NCBI GenBank assembly: GCA_029907355.1
Contig: JARYLZ010000005.1
Span: forward strand, 5,466 to 69,465
DNA: 64,000 nt
Origin: Bacteroidota bacterium
Lineage (GTDB): Bacteria; Bacteroidota; Ignavibacteria; SZUA-365
Direction of reading: 5' to 3'
Every line of letters begins with the position of its first letter. The stretch's first letter is position 1. Position numbers and translations under genes: made by a program. The notes beneath the pieces are model-generated. The model made no database searches and was not told where the DNA came from. It saw only the letters and a program-made list of their open reading frames with translations. This document shows, one piece after another, positions 28,101 through 35,400 of this stretch.

Positions 28101-30454
28101 TCCCGCGTTTTGTAGAAATGGATGGGATTGCCGGCAAATGGTGCAGGCATGACCACCTCACGGATGATCGCATCGTTCATCCGCTTGAGTTCGTCGAGCT
28201 TTTCCTGCGGGAGATTGTTCGTCCCGCCGCTGAAATGGAGCGTCGTCTTATCCCATTCATCCGGTTCGAGGGCCAGCATGCGGGCATGTTTGTCGAGATA
28301 AGCCAGAATTTCCGCCCCGCTGTGCACGGGGAGACGCCCGACGGCGCATGCCGGTTCGATCGAGAGCGAATCGAAGGAAACGAGCCATATATCGCTGACG
28401 GGAAAACCGTAGGAGGGAACGAAATTGCGCGTGTGCGGCGTGGGAGCGGCCTTGTAATTGTAGTTGGCATCACCGACGAGAAAAACGTATCGCAGGGGGT
28501 CGGACGACCACGTCCCGACCGCGTCGAAAAGGAAAAGCTTGATCGCTTCGGGATTGAAGACACCGAAGCTGTAATTGTCGTAGATATCCTCCACCGCGAC
28601 GACGCGCGCGCCGACCCCATAACGGTTCGCGATGAAAGACGCATACTGCTCGGCCTCGGGGATAAATTCTTCTGCGGTAATCACGAGATACGCCGCCTGA
28701 TGATCCGTCGCACGCAGGTCAGGCACCCGTCGGAGTCTGCCGCGCGATGGGCTCGGTAAACTGTCCCATCCTGCGATGAAATACATGGTACCCTCGACGA
28801 GAGAGTCCGCAAACCACAACGTTCCTGCTCCGCCCGGCGCTTTTCCAAGCGGCGAGACAACCGCGAAGTCCTGCCCTCGTTTGCGGACGATGATGACGGA
28901 ATCCCCCGCAAGGGAATCGACGCGAAATACGCGTAAACCCGACCCCATCTCCCTATCGACGGAGAAGGAAAACGCCCCTCCGCCCGCAACGAGAAAGCGA
29001 GGGTATTCTATGTCGAACCAATCGAGGTACAGCGCGTTGTCTCCCTCGTACAGCTTCTCGTTCGTCACGGCGATCATGTTGGTGCCGTTGCGGATGTCCC
29101 GCGGCGCACAGCGGCCCTCGCACAATCCCTGCCAGTTCACATCGTATTCCACGGTGTCGAGGGGCGGACCGTCGTTGACCGCCACCGATACCCGATGATA
29201 CGGCCTCTGACTCGCACTGCTCGCCCAACTGCCGGACTTCTGCCAGACCCGTGCCCCCATATCCGGCTTGAGATGATCGACTGGGAAGGGGAAACGGGCC
29301 GTACCCGTCCGCATCCACGTGTGGAACCATGTTTTATCGGCTCCCCACTCGCAGAACTGCTGGCGAACGTAGTCCGTCGAGAGGGCGAAGAGCCAGTTTT
29401 CCGGTTCGGAGTGGAAGCAATGGAATGCCCAGTCGACGGTATCGGCTTGCACGGGTTCCGGCGTTACCAGGACCTGCATCCTGCGGCCGGGTACATCGGC
29501 GAACGTGAGCCAGTAAGCCGCCGAGTCGCTATACTTGTTGAAGTATTGGGGATAGGGGTCGTCCAGGCTCTCGGGGACGCGGCGATACCCGCGCTCGTCA
29601 TAGTTCCGCTCTCCTGCGAAAATGAAAATGTCCCCCTCGTCGAATTTCCCGTCCTCCATTCCGACCGTGAAGAGGGGAATTTCCCTTCCCTTCCAGAAAA
29701 GCCGCACGAGCGTGGGATCGAGAGCGGCGGGTTCGACGCCGGCCGTACGGAGCCACCTCGCATCGATCATGTATATCCCGTCCTTGTTCACGTCGAAACG
29801 GACCGCCTCACGGGAAGCCGGTATCCATGCGCCTGACGTATCGAGATCCAGCGACTTGCGAATGAACGGCTGGGTGAAATACCCGCCTCGCCCGGCCGAG
29901 GCTTGGACCGACGATCTTTCCCTCCCGGCGGGAATGAGGACGAAACGGTATGCGTTCACCCATCGCGACTCGACCTTTGCGGGGTTCACGGCGAAAAGAG
30001 GAACCCTTACTTCGACGATGCGCTGTCCCCCGCGGTCCAGTCTCCGGACATCGAGAATGGTCACTGCAGTATCCAGAAGGGGTACGGCGTCCCGCACACG
30101 GTACACCGGAGCGAGAGCGGAATCGTCGTTCAGTTCCCACGACACCGTATAGAACGGGAGTGCGGGGAAAACCGTCCCGTACTCGACACTCTCGAGGGAA
30201 ACGGTTTCCTCGCCCGGGAGGAGTTCGATCTCGACACGACGCGAAGGGAGAGGATCGTCCCCTATCCCGGGAACGAACCCCTCGACGACAGCGACATCCC
30301 CACTCGGCGTCGCATGAAGCCGAACGGAATACCCCTCGTTGAGGATGCGGACGGTCCGTCCCTGCGGTAGGAGAACACCGGAAGGAAAGAGCAAGAGTGG
30401 GAGGAAAAACGCCAGAGGGAATGATATGCCGAATGGTCTGTCCAACCGCTTCAT
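25142..30454 (-). CDS. Giant secreted C25 (gingipain/PorU-like, clan CD) peptidase-family protein B, a paralogue of the downstream gene
   Basis: The signal-like N-terminus is MKRLDRPFGISFPLAFFLPLLLFPSG. It shares the same blocks as protein A (VVAVEDIYDNYSFGVFNPEAIKLFLFD, ISYFGHAAIRTWDN, DFGCSTSKF). It has a CARDB-like IVERSEKNNVAEL block. The C-terminal end reads YPNPYTSD...WDGRDEEGDPLANGVYFYKLQ. The ATG at 30454 lies 6 nt after the lexA stop. Confidence 0.85.
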   Translation of the reverse strand: MKRLDRPFGISFPLAFFLPLLLFPSGVLLPQGRTVRILNEGYSVRLHATPSGDVAVVEGFVPGIGDDPLPSRRVEIELLPGEETVSLESVEYGTVFPALPFYTVSWELNDDSALAPVYRVRDAVPLLDTAVTILDVRRLDRGGQRIVEVRVPLFAVNPAKVESRWVNAYRFVLIPAGRERSSVQASAGRGGYFTQPFIRKSLDLDTSGAWIPASREAVRFDVNKDGIYMIDARWLRTAGVEPAALDPTLVRLFWKGREIPLFTVGMEDGKFDEGDIFIFAGERNYDERGYRRVPESLDDPYPQYFNKYSDSAAYWLTFADVPGRRMQVLVTPEPVQADTVDWAFHCFHSEPENWLFALSTDYVRQQFCEWGADKTWFHTWMRTGTARFPFPVDHLKPDMGARVWQKSGSWASSASQRPYHRVSVAVNDGPPLDTVEYDVNWQGLCEGRCAPRDIRNGTNMIAVTNEKLYEGDNALYLDWFDIEYPRFLVAGGGAFSFSVDREMGSGLRVFRVDSLAGDSVIIVRKRGQDFAVVSPLGKAPGGAGTLWFADSLVEGTMYFIAGWDSLPSPSRGRLRRVPDLRATDHQAAYLVITAEEFIPEAEQYASFIANRYGVGARVVAVEDIYDNYSFGVFNPEAIKLFLFDAVGTWSSDPLRYVFLVGDANYNYKAAPTPHTRNFVPSYGFPVSDIWLVSFDSLSIEPACAVGRLPVHSGAEILAYLDKHARMLALEPDEWDKTTLHFSGGTNNLPQEKLDELKRMNDAIIREVVMPAPFAGNPIHFYKTRDPATDFGPYPIPWVHDRIAEGGIAISYFGHAAIRTWDNTIGDPSQLFNTKDRTPIVSDFGCSTSKFADPDGVSFAEQFVVPPGTQAIGYVGNAAIGFTTTASVIGLLYYEALLKNGYTAIGDAHRQAKFELTRRYGVSLVNRVAIQSNTLVGDPIARLPVPTLPDPVVRSSWIIPEFDVLTTTADSAVFRLAIGNFGTSTQDSVTILARDIKGNDERIVQVLRRPLPKLFDTLRISVPLDGEAGTHTLRIELDPEMRIVERSEKNNVAELSFSVLSTHLLTVNAAPGRVTGGWPDVRILHPMLSPGEVTHLLVEFDTVPDFPSPFVLRVPYGKTQTPISAPPSLVAGKRYYWRARLDREGAQFIGALSFRTDSVNAVFIQQDSTEFAGLERENTLLLPDGVTIAPGYRTLRVISSGYNDGNYGTVELDGVNILPTTFGRGYYVAVLDSIGITVDTVAGFDTYMNPDVGAEFAQFVRSVPFGKIIAISTMDDPFAYNPLMVSALHEIGSLHADSLLVYQSAYRGSFAIIGRRGAARGTVPEAFRPQFQGKVMLDTLYAVDPDTARIISGKIGPAARWSRVFLRRTPVRESEIDVRIYGVTESGENVKLIEKVNVVEVDIGSIDAAKYPMIRLETVLVPSRGNATQPVLRGWGVVYDQRPELALNYQSVSLSKDTVLQGEAVTVSIGVVNAGETPAPPFRVRVDATAPDNTSRTIALYRVGRLPTDGWHDTTITFQTASFAGTYRVNVRVDDDDQVREQYETNNTLVSILHVLRDTVPPVLEVYFDGGPPPVDGDYIRPDPEILLRLRDMSPLPVTEASRFLIFLDDTAVSTAGLPFVPMGDGRPAELLYRPSLPSGEHVFRFNALDASGNRSMVEDLRVRVLVDRTDRIVSLTTYPNPYTSDAVFLFTFAGVSAPEEARIKLYTTAGRLIRTILIPADQLRIGMNAYRWDGRDEEGDPLANGVYFYKLQLRTAHGTMETIGRLVRLQ

Positions 30455-30460
30455 GGTACC

Positions 30461-31096
30461 TCACGCAGAGAGGGATTGCGAGCGGAAATCGAAACACCCC
30501 CCGAGATCCCGAAGGACGAGCATGACACGACCGACGACCGAGAACTCGTCGTCCTGCCGGATTTCGATTTCCTTGTACGACGGGTTGGCGGGAAGGAGTC
30601 GCACACGCCTGCCCTGGATGGAGAGGATTTTCACGGTCAGGCCTCCGTTGTACCATGCGACGACGGTTTCCCCGCTGCGGGCAGACGACTGTCGCCGAAG
30701 GAGAATGATATCGCCCGGCAGAATGCCTGCGTCCTTCATACTGTACCCTTCGACGCGGAGCGCAACGGGTTCGTCGAAGGGAACGAGGCGCCGGTCCACC
30801 GAGATGAAGGCTGGTGCTTCCTCCTGAGCGAGAGCAGGTGCGCCGGCTCGGACATCGCCGAGCAAGGGGACGCGGACTTCGCCCGCCCCGATCAGGCGAA
30901 TCCCACGGCTGATGCCCGGCGTGATTTCGATCACTCCCATTTTCTCGAGCCCTTTCAGGACGATCTCGACGCTGCGTTTCCACAGACCCGTCCCTTCCGC
31001 AATCTCGTGCAGACTCGGTGACCGGCCATAGCGCGCGAAATATTTCTCGAGAAAACGGAAAACACGTTTTCTGTTCTCCGTCCACTGTTGCGGCAT
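30461..31096 (-). CDS. lexA: LexA repressor (S24 self-cleaving transcriptional repressor)
   Basis: MPQQWTENRKRVFRFLEKYFARYGRSPSLHEIAEGTG... forms a winged HTH. The cleavage-site region is DVRAGAP. The catalytic Ser is in VEGYSMKDAGI and the catalytic Lys is in GGLTVKIL. GAGGGGG lies 5 nt upstream of ATG 31096. The ORF-track start at 31312 adds non-homologous sequence. Confidence 0.9.
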   Translation of the reverse strand: MPQQWTENRKRVFRFLEKYFARYGRSPSLHEIAEGTGLWKRSVEIVLKGLEKMGVIEITPGISRGIRLIGAGEVRVPLLGDVRAGAPALAQEEAPAFISVDRRLVPFDEPVALRVEGYSMKDAGILPGDIILLRRQSSARSGETVVAWYNGGLTVKILSIQGRRVRLLPANPSYKEIEIRQDDEFSVVGRVMLVLRDLGGCFDFRSQSLSA

Positions 31097-31128
31097 AAGA
31101 TCCCCCTCATTATCCATTTGTCTAACGA

Positions 31129-31157
31129 AAACTAGTGAAAGGTGGAATTTCATGCAA
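31129..31157 (-). promoter_or_regulatory. Candidate lexA promoter: -35 TTGCAT, 17-nt spacer, -10 TAGTTT. The spacer is filled by the inverted repeat TGAAA-N7-TTTCA (31136-31152), a possible operator.
   Basis: Read on the minus strand as cTTGCATgaaattccacctttcacTAGTTTtcg. The 5+5-bp inverted repeat sits exactly between the hexamers, and the ATG is about 30 nt downstream. No experimental or database support. Confidence 0.35.
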
Positions 31158-33380
31158 GACCCATCCAGAGAATCCGACGCAAGCATGTTTGAACTCCATC
31201 CTCGAAGGCGTAGCTTTGGCGCGAAGCGAACCATGCGGACGAAACGAACCACCCTGGATTTCCTCTCCTCCGAGCGATTGCTTCTCGTGGCTCCCATTCT
31301 TGCGGCGCTCATCCGGCTGGCGGGGGTCGTCTTTCCGTATCGCCGGGTATGGGGGTTTGATTATCTCGAGGATTTCGGTTTCCCATGGGATGTAGCGTGG
31401 ACCGCACTCGTTTTCATCCCTCCCGCTATCGTGTTTTTCTCCCGAAGGGGAGGAAACGATAGCCGGCAAAAGAAGCGGGCGGATTCCCTTGCATGGGTCA
31501 TCTATCCTCTCGCGGCCGCTCTCGCGGTCCTTGTCCCGATGGAAACGTTTTTTTACGGCGACGGTGGTTTGCTCGTCCCTCAAATCCACCGGCTCGCACA
31601 CGGAGAAAGCGTCGATTTCGGCGTCCTCCTCAACGTGAAGTCCTCACCACTCGCGGGTCTTCTCGTGTACGGAGGTGCACGCCTCATCCCCGATGTTTTC
31701 AGCTGGTTCGGCATTCCTCTCCCCACGACGGCGGCATATCCGTTCAGCGCGCTTTCCGCCGTCGCCTTGCTCGCTCTCGGCGTATTCTTCTTCGCCTACC
31801 GGCGCGAGCGGGAGATCGACACGGCACGCATCCTCGCCCCTTTCTGCACCGCTGGCATTCTCCTGTTCTTCGGTTACGTCGAGTTCTACGTCGTGGTGTA
31901 CGCTCTCGTCGCCATGTTCGCAATTCTGGGGGAACGGTACGTGGGCGGTCGCGGGAGGACCTTTCCTCTCGTTCTCGTCTATGTCGGAGCGGTGGCTGCG
32001 CACTACGAATCCCTTGCATTCTTACCGGCTTTCCTCTTTGCGTATTTCAGCAGGCGAATGCCCTCTTTCTCCCGACAGGCGTTCCACTCCTTCCGCTTCG
32101 TTGTCCCCTGCGTCCTTCTCGCAATCGGAGCGGCATATTTCGTATTCGGGTTCGCCTGGAAGGACTCACGGATCGTCATGCCGTTCTTCCCCGTGACAAC
32201 TCCCGCCGGCACACTCGCGTACACGCTCTTCTCTTCCTACCATCTCATCGACCTCGCGAACATCCTTCTCCTCCTCGCTCCATCGGCTCTCCTGGTCGTT
32301 CTGTTGACCCCGCTCACGGGCCGCACACCGCTTTCCCCGGCGGCGCGCTTCCACGCTGTCGCAGCCGCCTCGTTCTTCCTTTTTCTCGTCTTTGCCAACA
32401 CGTCGCTCGGTCTTGCGCGCGATTGGGACATCGCAACGCCGCTCGGCATCCCCCTCACCTTTCTCGCCCTCGCCGTCATTCGGGACAGAGCGCCTCACAC
32501 CTGGCGGACGAGCGGCGCGGCGTTCGCATCGGCGAGTATTCTCTTCTTCCTGCCGTGGGTGCTGCTCCACCTCGATCCCGCGATGAGCGCTCGACGGTTC
32601 GAACGTATCCTGCCTCTCGACGCGGGCCACATGTACCGCGATTACACCCTGAGCGGTTACGAATCTTTGCGGAAATTCTACCAGCACCGGGGGGACGAGG
32701 AGAAAGACATCGCGCTGACGATGAAAAACATCGAGATCCTCGATTACCCTTCCCAGTATGCCCTTCTCATAGCCAAGACGGCGGCCCTCGCAGGTCGCGA
32801 CCCTGTCCGCGCTGCACGCCTCTATACATGGACGCTCGGACGTCTCCATGCCCATGCCACACTCCTCCGGAAAACGGGGAGAGAGCGAGACTATGCCATT
32901 TCACTCCGGCAGATCGACTCGCTCGCAGAGGCAGTGGCGTTCTCGGCTTACACGAACAAGCTCTACGCGGACGTACGCGAAAACGTCGAAGCCGTCTCGG
33001 CTCTCACGGGTTCACAGCGACCATACTCTTCCGTGGCGGCACTCGCAGCCTGGGAGGAACGGGATTACAAACAAGCCGCCTGTTTGCTCGAGCAGACCCT
33101 TGCGCGAGGCTTCCGTGAGCCACGGGTTTACCTCTTCCTCGGGAACGCACTCGCCATACTCGGCAGGTATACGGAATCCCTTCGCGTACTGGAATCCGGT
33201 GTGCGCGAATTCCCCGAGGACCCCATGCTCTCGTTCACGCTCGGGAAATATCTCGTCTCCGCCGGTCGCGCACCGGATATCGCACGCTCGCTGCTCATCT
33301 CTGCGATCGAACTCGGACTCCCGCCCGAGCGGGAACGGGAAGCCCGTTCTTTCCTCGAGAGGTTGGGCCCGTCACCCTGA
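31152..33380 (+). CDS. Polytopic membrane protein (about 12 or more hydrophobic segments) with a C-terminal TPR-like domain; possibly a GT-C-fold glycosyltransferase
   Basis: 742-aa ORF. The hydrophobic core spans roughly residues 40-500. The C-terminal ~230 aa is helical-repeat-like (...YKQAACLLEQTLARGF...LGNALAILGRYTESLRVLESGV...). The start is uncertain: ATG 31152 overlaps the putative lexA -35, and ATGs near 31186 and 31233 are alternatives. Confidence 0.6.
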   Translation: MQDPSRESDASMFELHPRRRSFGAKRTMRTKRTTLDFLSSERLLLVAPILAALIRLAGVVFPYRRVWGFDYLEDFGFPWDVAWTALVFIPPAIVFFSRRGGNDSRQKKRADSLAWVIYPLAAALAVLVPMETFFYGDGGLLVPQIHRLAHGESVDFGVLLNVKSSPLAGLLVYGGARLIPDVFSWFGIPLPTTAAYPFSALSAVALLALGVFFFAYRREREIDTARILAPFCTAGILLFFGYVEFYVVVYALVAMFAILGERYVGGRGRTFPLVLVYVGAVAAHYESLAFLPAFLFAYFSRRMPSFSRQAFHSFRFVVPCVLLAIGAAYFVFGFAWKDSRIVMPFFPVTTPAGTLAYTLFSSYHLIDLANILLLLAPSALLVVLLTPLTGRTPLSPAARFHAVAAASFFLFLVFANTSLGLARDWDIATPLGIPLTFLALAVIRDRAPHTWRTSGAAFASASILFFLPWVLLHLDPAMSARRFERILPLDAGHMYRDYTLSGYESLRKFYQHRGDEEKDIALTMKNIEILDYPSQYALLIAKTAALAGRDPVRAARLYTWTLGRLHAHATLLRKTGRERDYAISLRQIDSLAEAVAFSAYTNKLYADVRENVEAVSALTGSQRPYSSVAALAAWEERDYKQAACLLEQTLARGFREPRVYLFLGNALAILGRYTESLRVLESGVREFPEDPMLSFTLGKYLVSAGRAPDIARSLLISAIELGLPPEREREARSFLERLGPSP

Positions 33381-33470
33381 GAACCACTTCCCGGTAGCCC
33401 AGGCTCTGTCGCTCGAGCATCCGGCGAAACACCGTTGGACGCCTCACCCGAAGATTCTATCTTGGCGCAC

Positions 33471-35387
33471 ATGTGCGGCTTTGCGGGCATTTTCTGTTTC
33501 CATTCGGCCTCCCCCTCGATCACGCCTGAGATTCTCAAGCGTATGGGCGATACGATCGTCCACCGCGGCCCGGACGACGAGGGGACGTTCATCGCGCCGC
33601 ACGGTGCATTGGGTTTCGCGTTCCGCCGCCTGTCGATCATCGACCTTTCTCCCGCAGGCCATCAACCGATGGGCACGCCGGACGGGTCGGTTTGGATATC
33701 GTTCAACGGGGAGATATACAACCACCGCATTCTCCGAGCGGAACTCGAAAAGCACGGGTTCACCTACCGCTCGAGAACCGACACGGAGACTATTCTCTAT
33801 GCCTACAAGCGATGGGGCGAACGGTTCGTCGATCGACTGGAGGGCATGTTCGCCATCGCCCTCTGGGACCGTGATTCGGACACCCTCCTGCTCTACCGAG
33901 ACCGCCTCGGTATCAAACCACTGTACTACGCCGAATGCCAGGGCAGTCTGCTCTTCGGATCCGAGATCAAGGCCATCCTCGCGCACCCCTCGATGGAGGC
34001 CCGACTCTCGAAGGAAGCGTTTTTCCATTATCTCACCTACATCCACACACCAGCCCCGCTGACCCTATTCGAAGGAATCCGCAAGCTCGAGCCGGGGTGT
34101 TACCTGCGCATCAGCCGCGCGGGACGCATGGAACGCATCCGGTACTGGGACATCGTTTCCCCGCCTCAGGAGGGTTTCGATTACACCGATGAAACGGCCG
34201 TCGCCGAACGTCTGCGCGAGCTCTTTCTCCGCGCCGTGGAAAAACGCATGATGGCCGACGTCCCTTTCGGTGTGTTCCTGAGCGGCGGCATCGACAGTTC
34301 CGCCAACGTGGCGTTCATGGCGCGTTTGATGGACCGTCCCGTCGACACGTTCACGGTGGCGGTGAAGGGACAGGAAGACACGAACGAATTCATGTGGGCA
34401 CGCCGTATCTCCCGTCTCTTCGGCACCTCGCACCACGAGATTCTCATCGACGACCACGGCTTTCTCGATTTGCTTCCCACCATCGTCCACCACCAGGACG
34501 AACCGTACGCGGATCCGGTCTGCTTCCCCCTTTACCATGTCTCCAAACTCGCCCGGGACAATGGGACCATCGTCGTCCAGGTCGGCGAGGGAAGCGACGA
34601 GCAATTCGCCGGTTATCGGAATTATCTCCGCGCCGCGCGTCTCGCCGCCCTTCCGACGATCCCCCGTTGGCTCGGCCGGGCGGCATACGCGTTCCTCCGG
34701 CCCGTTCTCCGACACCGGCGCATCGACTACCGCCAGAACATCATCCGGAATTTCCTCGAGGGCGACCGCCTTTTCTGGGGCAACGCCATCGCATTCTACG
34801 ATCCCGAGAAGCGCCTCCTCCTCGCACCTGCTCTGCGCGATGAAGCCGCAATGCACCCCTCGCGCGAGCTTGCCGCAACAGCTGCGGAACGGTTTCGAAG
34901 CATGAGGCCCGGTGCCCACCCCCTCGATGCCATCATCTATTGGGAAATCAAGCATCGGCTGGCGGAACTCCTCCTCATGCGGGTGGATAAAATCACGATG
35001 GCGGTGAGCGTGGAAGCGCGCGTGCCGTTCCTCGATCATGCACTCGTGGAATTTTCCGCACATATCCCTCCAGCATTGAAGACCCGCAACAACACGCCGA
35101 AGTATATCCTGAAGCAGGCCCTGCGCGGCATCCTGCCGGACGAGATCATCGACCGGCCGAAGATCGGTTTTGCCGGTTCGGGCAAGAACATGCTCACACC
35201 GGAAATTCTCCGGCATGCCCGATCGGTTCTCCTCGCAAACCGCCACGACCTGTTCGACCGGGATTACCTCCGCCGGCTCCTGGACGAATACGAGCGCACC
35301 CGCGTCAATTTCACTCCGCAGATCTGGACCCTTTACAACTTCGAACTCTGGCACCGCTGGTGGATCGAAGGACAACGCACCCTGTAA
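33471..35387 (+). CDS. asnB: Asparagine synthase (glutamine-hydrolysing) family amidotransferase
   Basis: MCGFAGIF gives the Ntn Cys2 nucleophile. The PP-loop is VFLSGGIDSSANV. It is 638 aa from ATG 33471. Confidence 0.9.
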   Translation: MCGFAGIFCFHSASPSITPEILKRMGDTIVHRGPDDEGTFIAPHGALGFAFRRLSIIDLSPAGHQPMGTPDGSVWISFNGEIYNHRILRAELEKHGFTYRSRTDTETILYAYKRWGERFVDRLEGMFAIALWDRDSDTLLLYRDRLGIKPLYYAECQGSLLFGSEIKAILAHPSMEARLSKEAFFHYLTYIHTPAPLTLFEGIRKLEPGCYLRISRAGRMERIRYWDIVSPPQEGFDYTDETAVAERLRELFLRAVEKRMMADVPFGVFLSGGIDSSANVAFMARLMDRPVDTFTVAVKGQEDTNEFMWARRISRLFGTSHHEILIDDHGFLDLLPTIVHHQDEPYADPVCFPLYHVSKLARDNGTIVVQVGEGSDEQFAGYRNYLRAARLAALPTIPRWLGRAAYAFLRPVLRHRRIDYRQNIIRNFLEGDRLFWGNAIAFYDPEKRLLLAPALRDEAAMHPSRELAATAAERFRSMRPGAHPLDAIIYWEIKHRLAELLLMRVDKITMAVSVEARVPFLDHALVEFSAHIPPALKTRNNTPKYILKQALRGILPDEIIDRPKIGFAGSGKNMLTPEILRHARSVLLANRHDLFDRDYLRRLLDEYERTRVNFTPQIWTLYNFELWHRWWIEGQRTL

Positions 35388-35400
35388 CATCTTCTCCCCC

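Noticed and set aside
27017-28759. 580-aa plus-strand ORF (with similar ones at 21120-22343, 22662-23435 and 23454-24230) antisense to the C25-like genes
   Set aside because: These are shadow ORFs with an Arg/Asp/Glu/Gly-biased composition. The opposite strand encodes conserved paralogous blocks.
29808-31085. 425-aa minus-strand ORF overlapping C25-B and lexA in another frame
   Set aside because: It is out of frame with two well-supported genes on the same strand. Its composition is extremely Arg/Pro/Gly/Ser-rich.
16409-31157. The idea that tRNA-Pro marks the edge of an integrated island carrying dnaE2, the C25 pair and lexA
   Set aside because: I saw no integrase, no visible direct repeat of the tRNA 3' end at the far side, and no obvious compositional break. 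This cannot be excluded without a whole-genome comparison.
31097-31200. Search for canonical LexA boxes (CTGT-N8-ACAG, GAAC-N4-GTTC, GTTC-N7-GTTC) upstream of lexA
   Set aside because: I found none by eye. Isolated GAAC and CTGT tetramers occur without the partner half-site.
31493-33118. 541-aa plus-strand ORF in an alternative frame of the TPR membrane protein gene
   Set aside because: The translation is an Arg/Pro/Ser-rich frame shadow. The chosen frame gives coherent transmembrane helices and TPR-like repeats.
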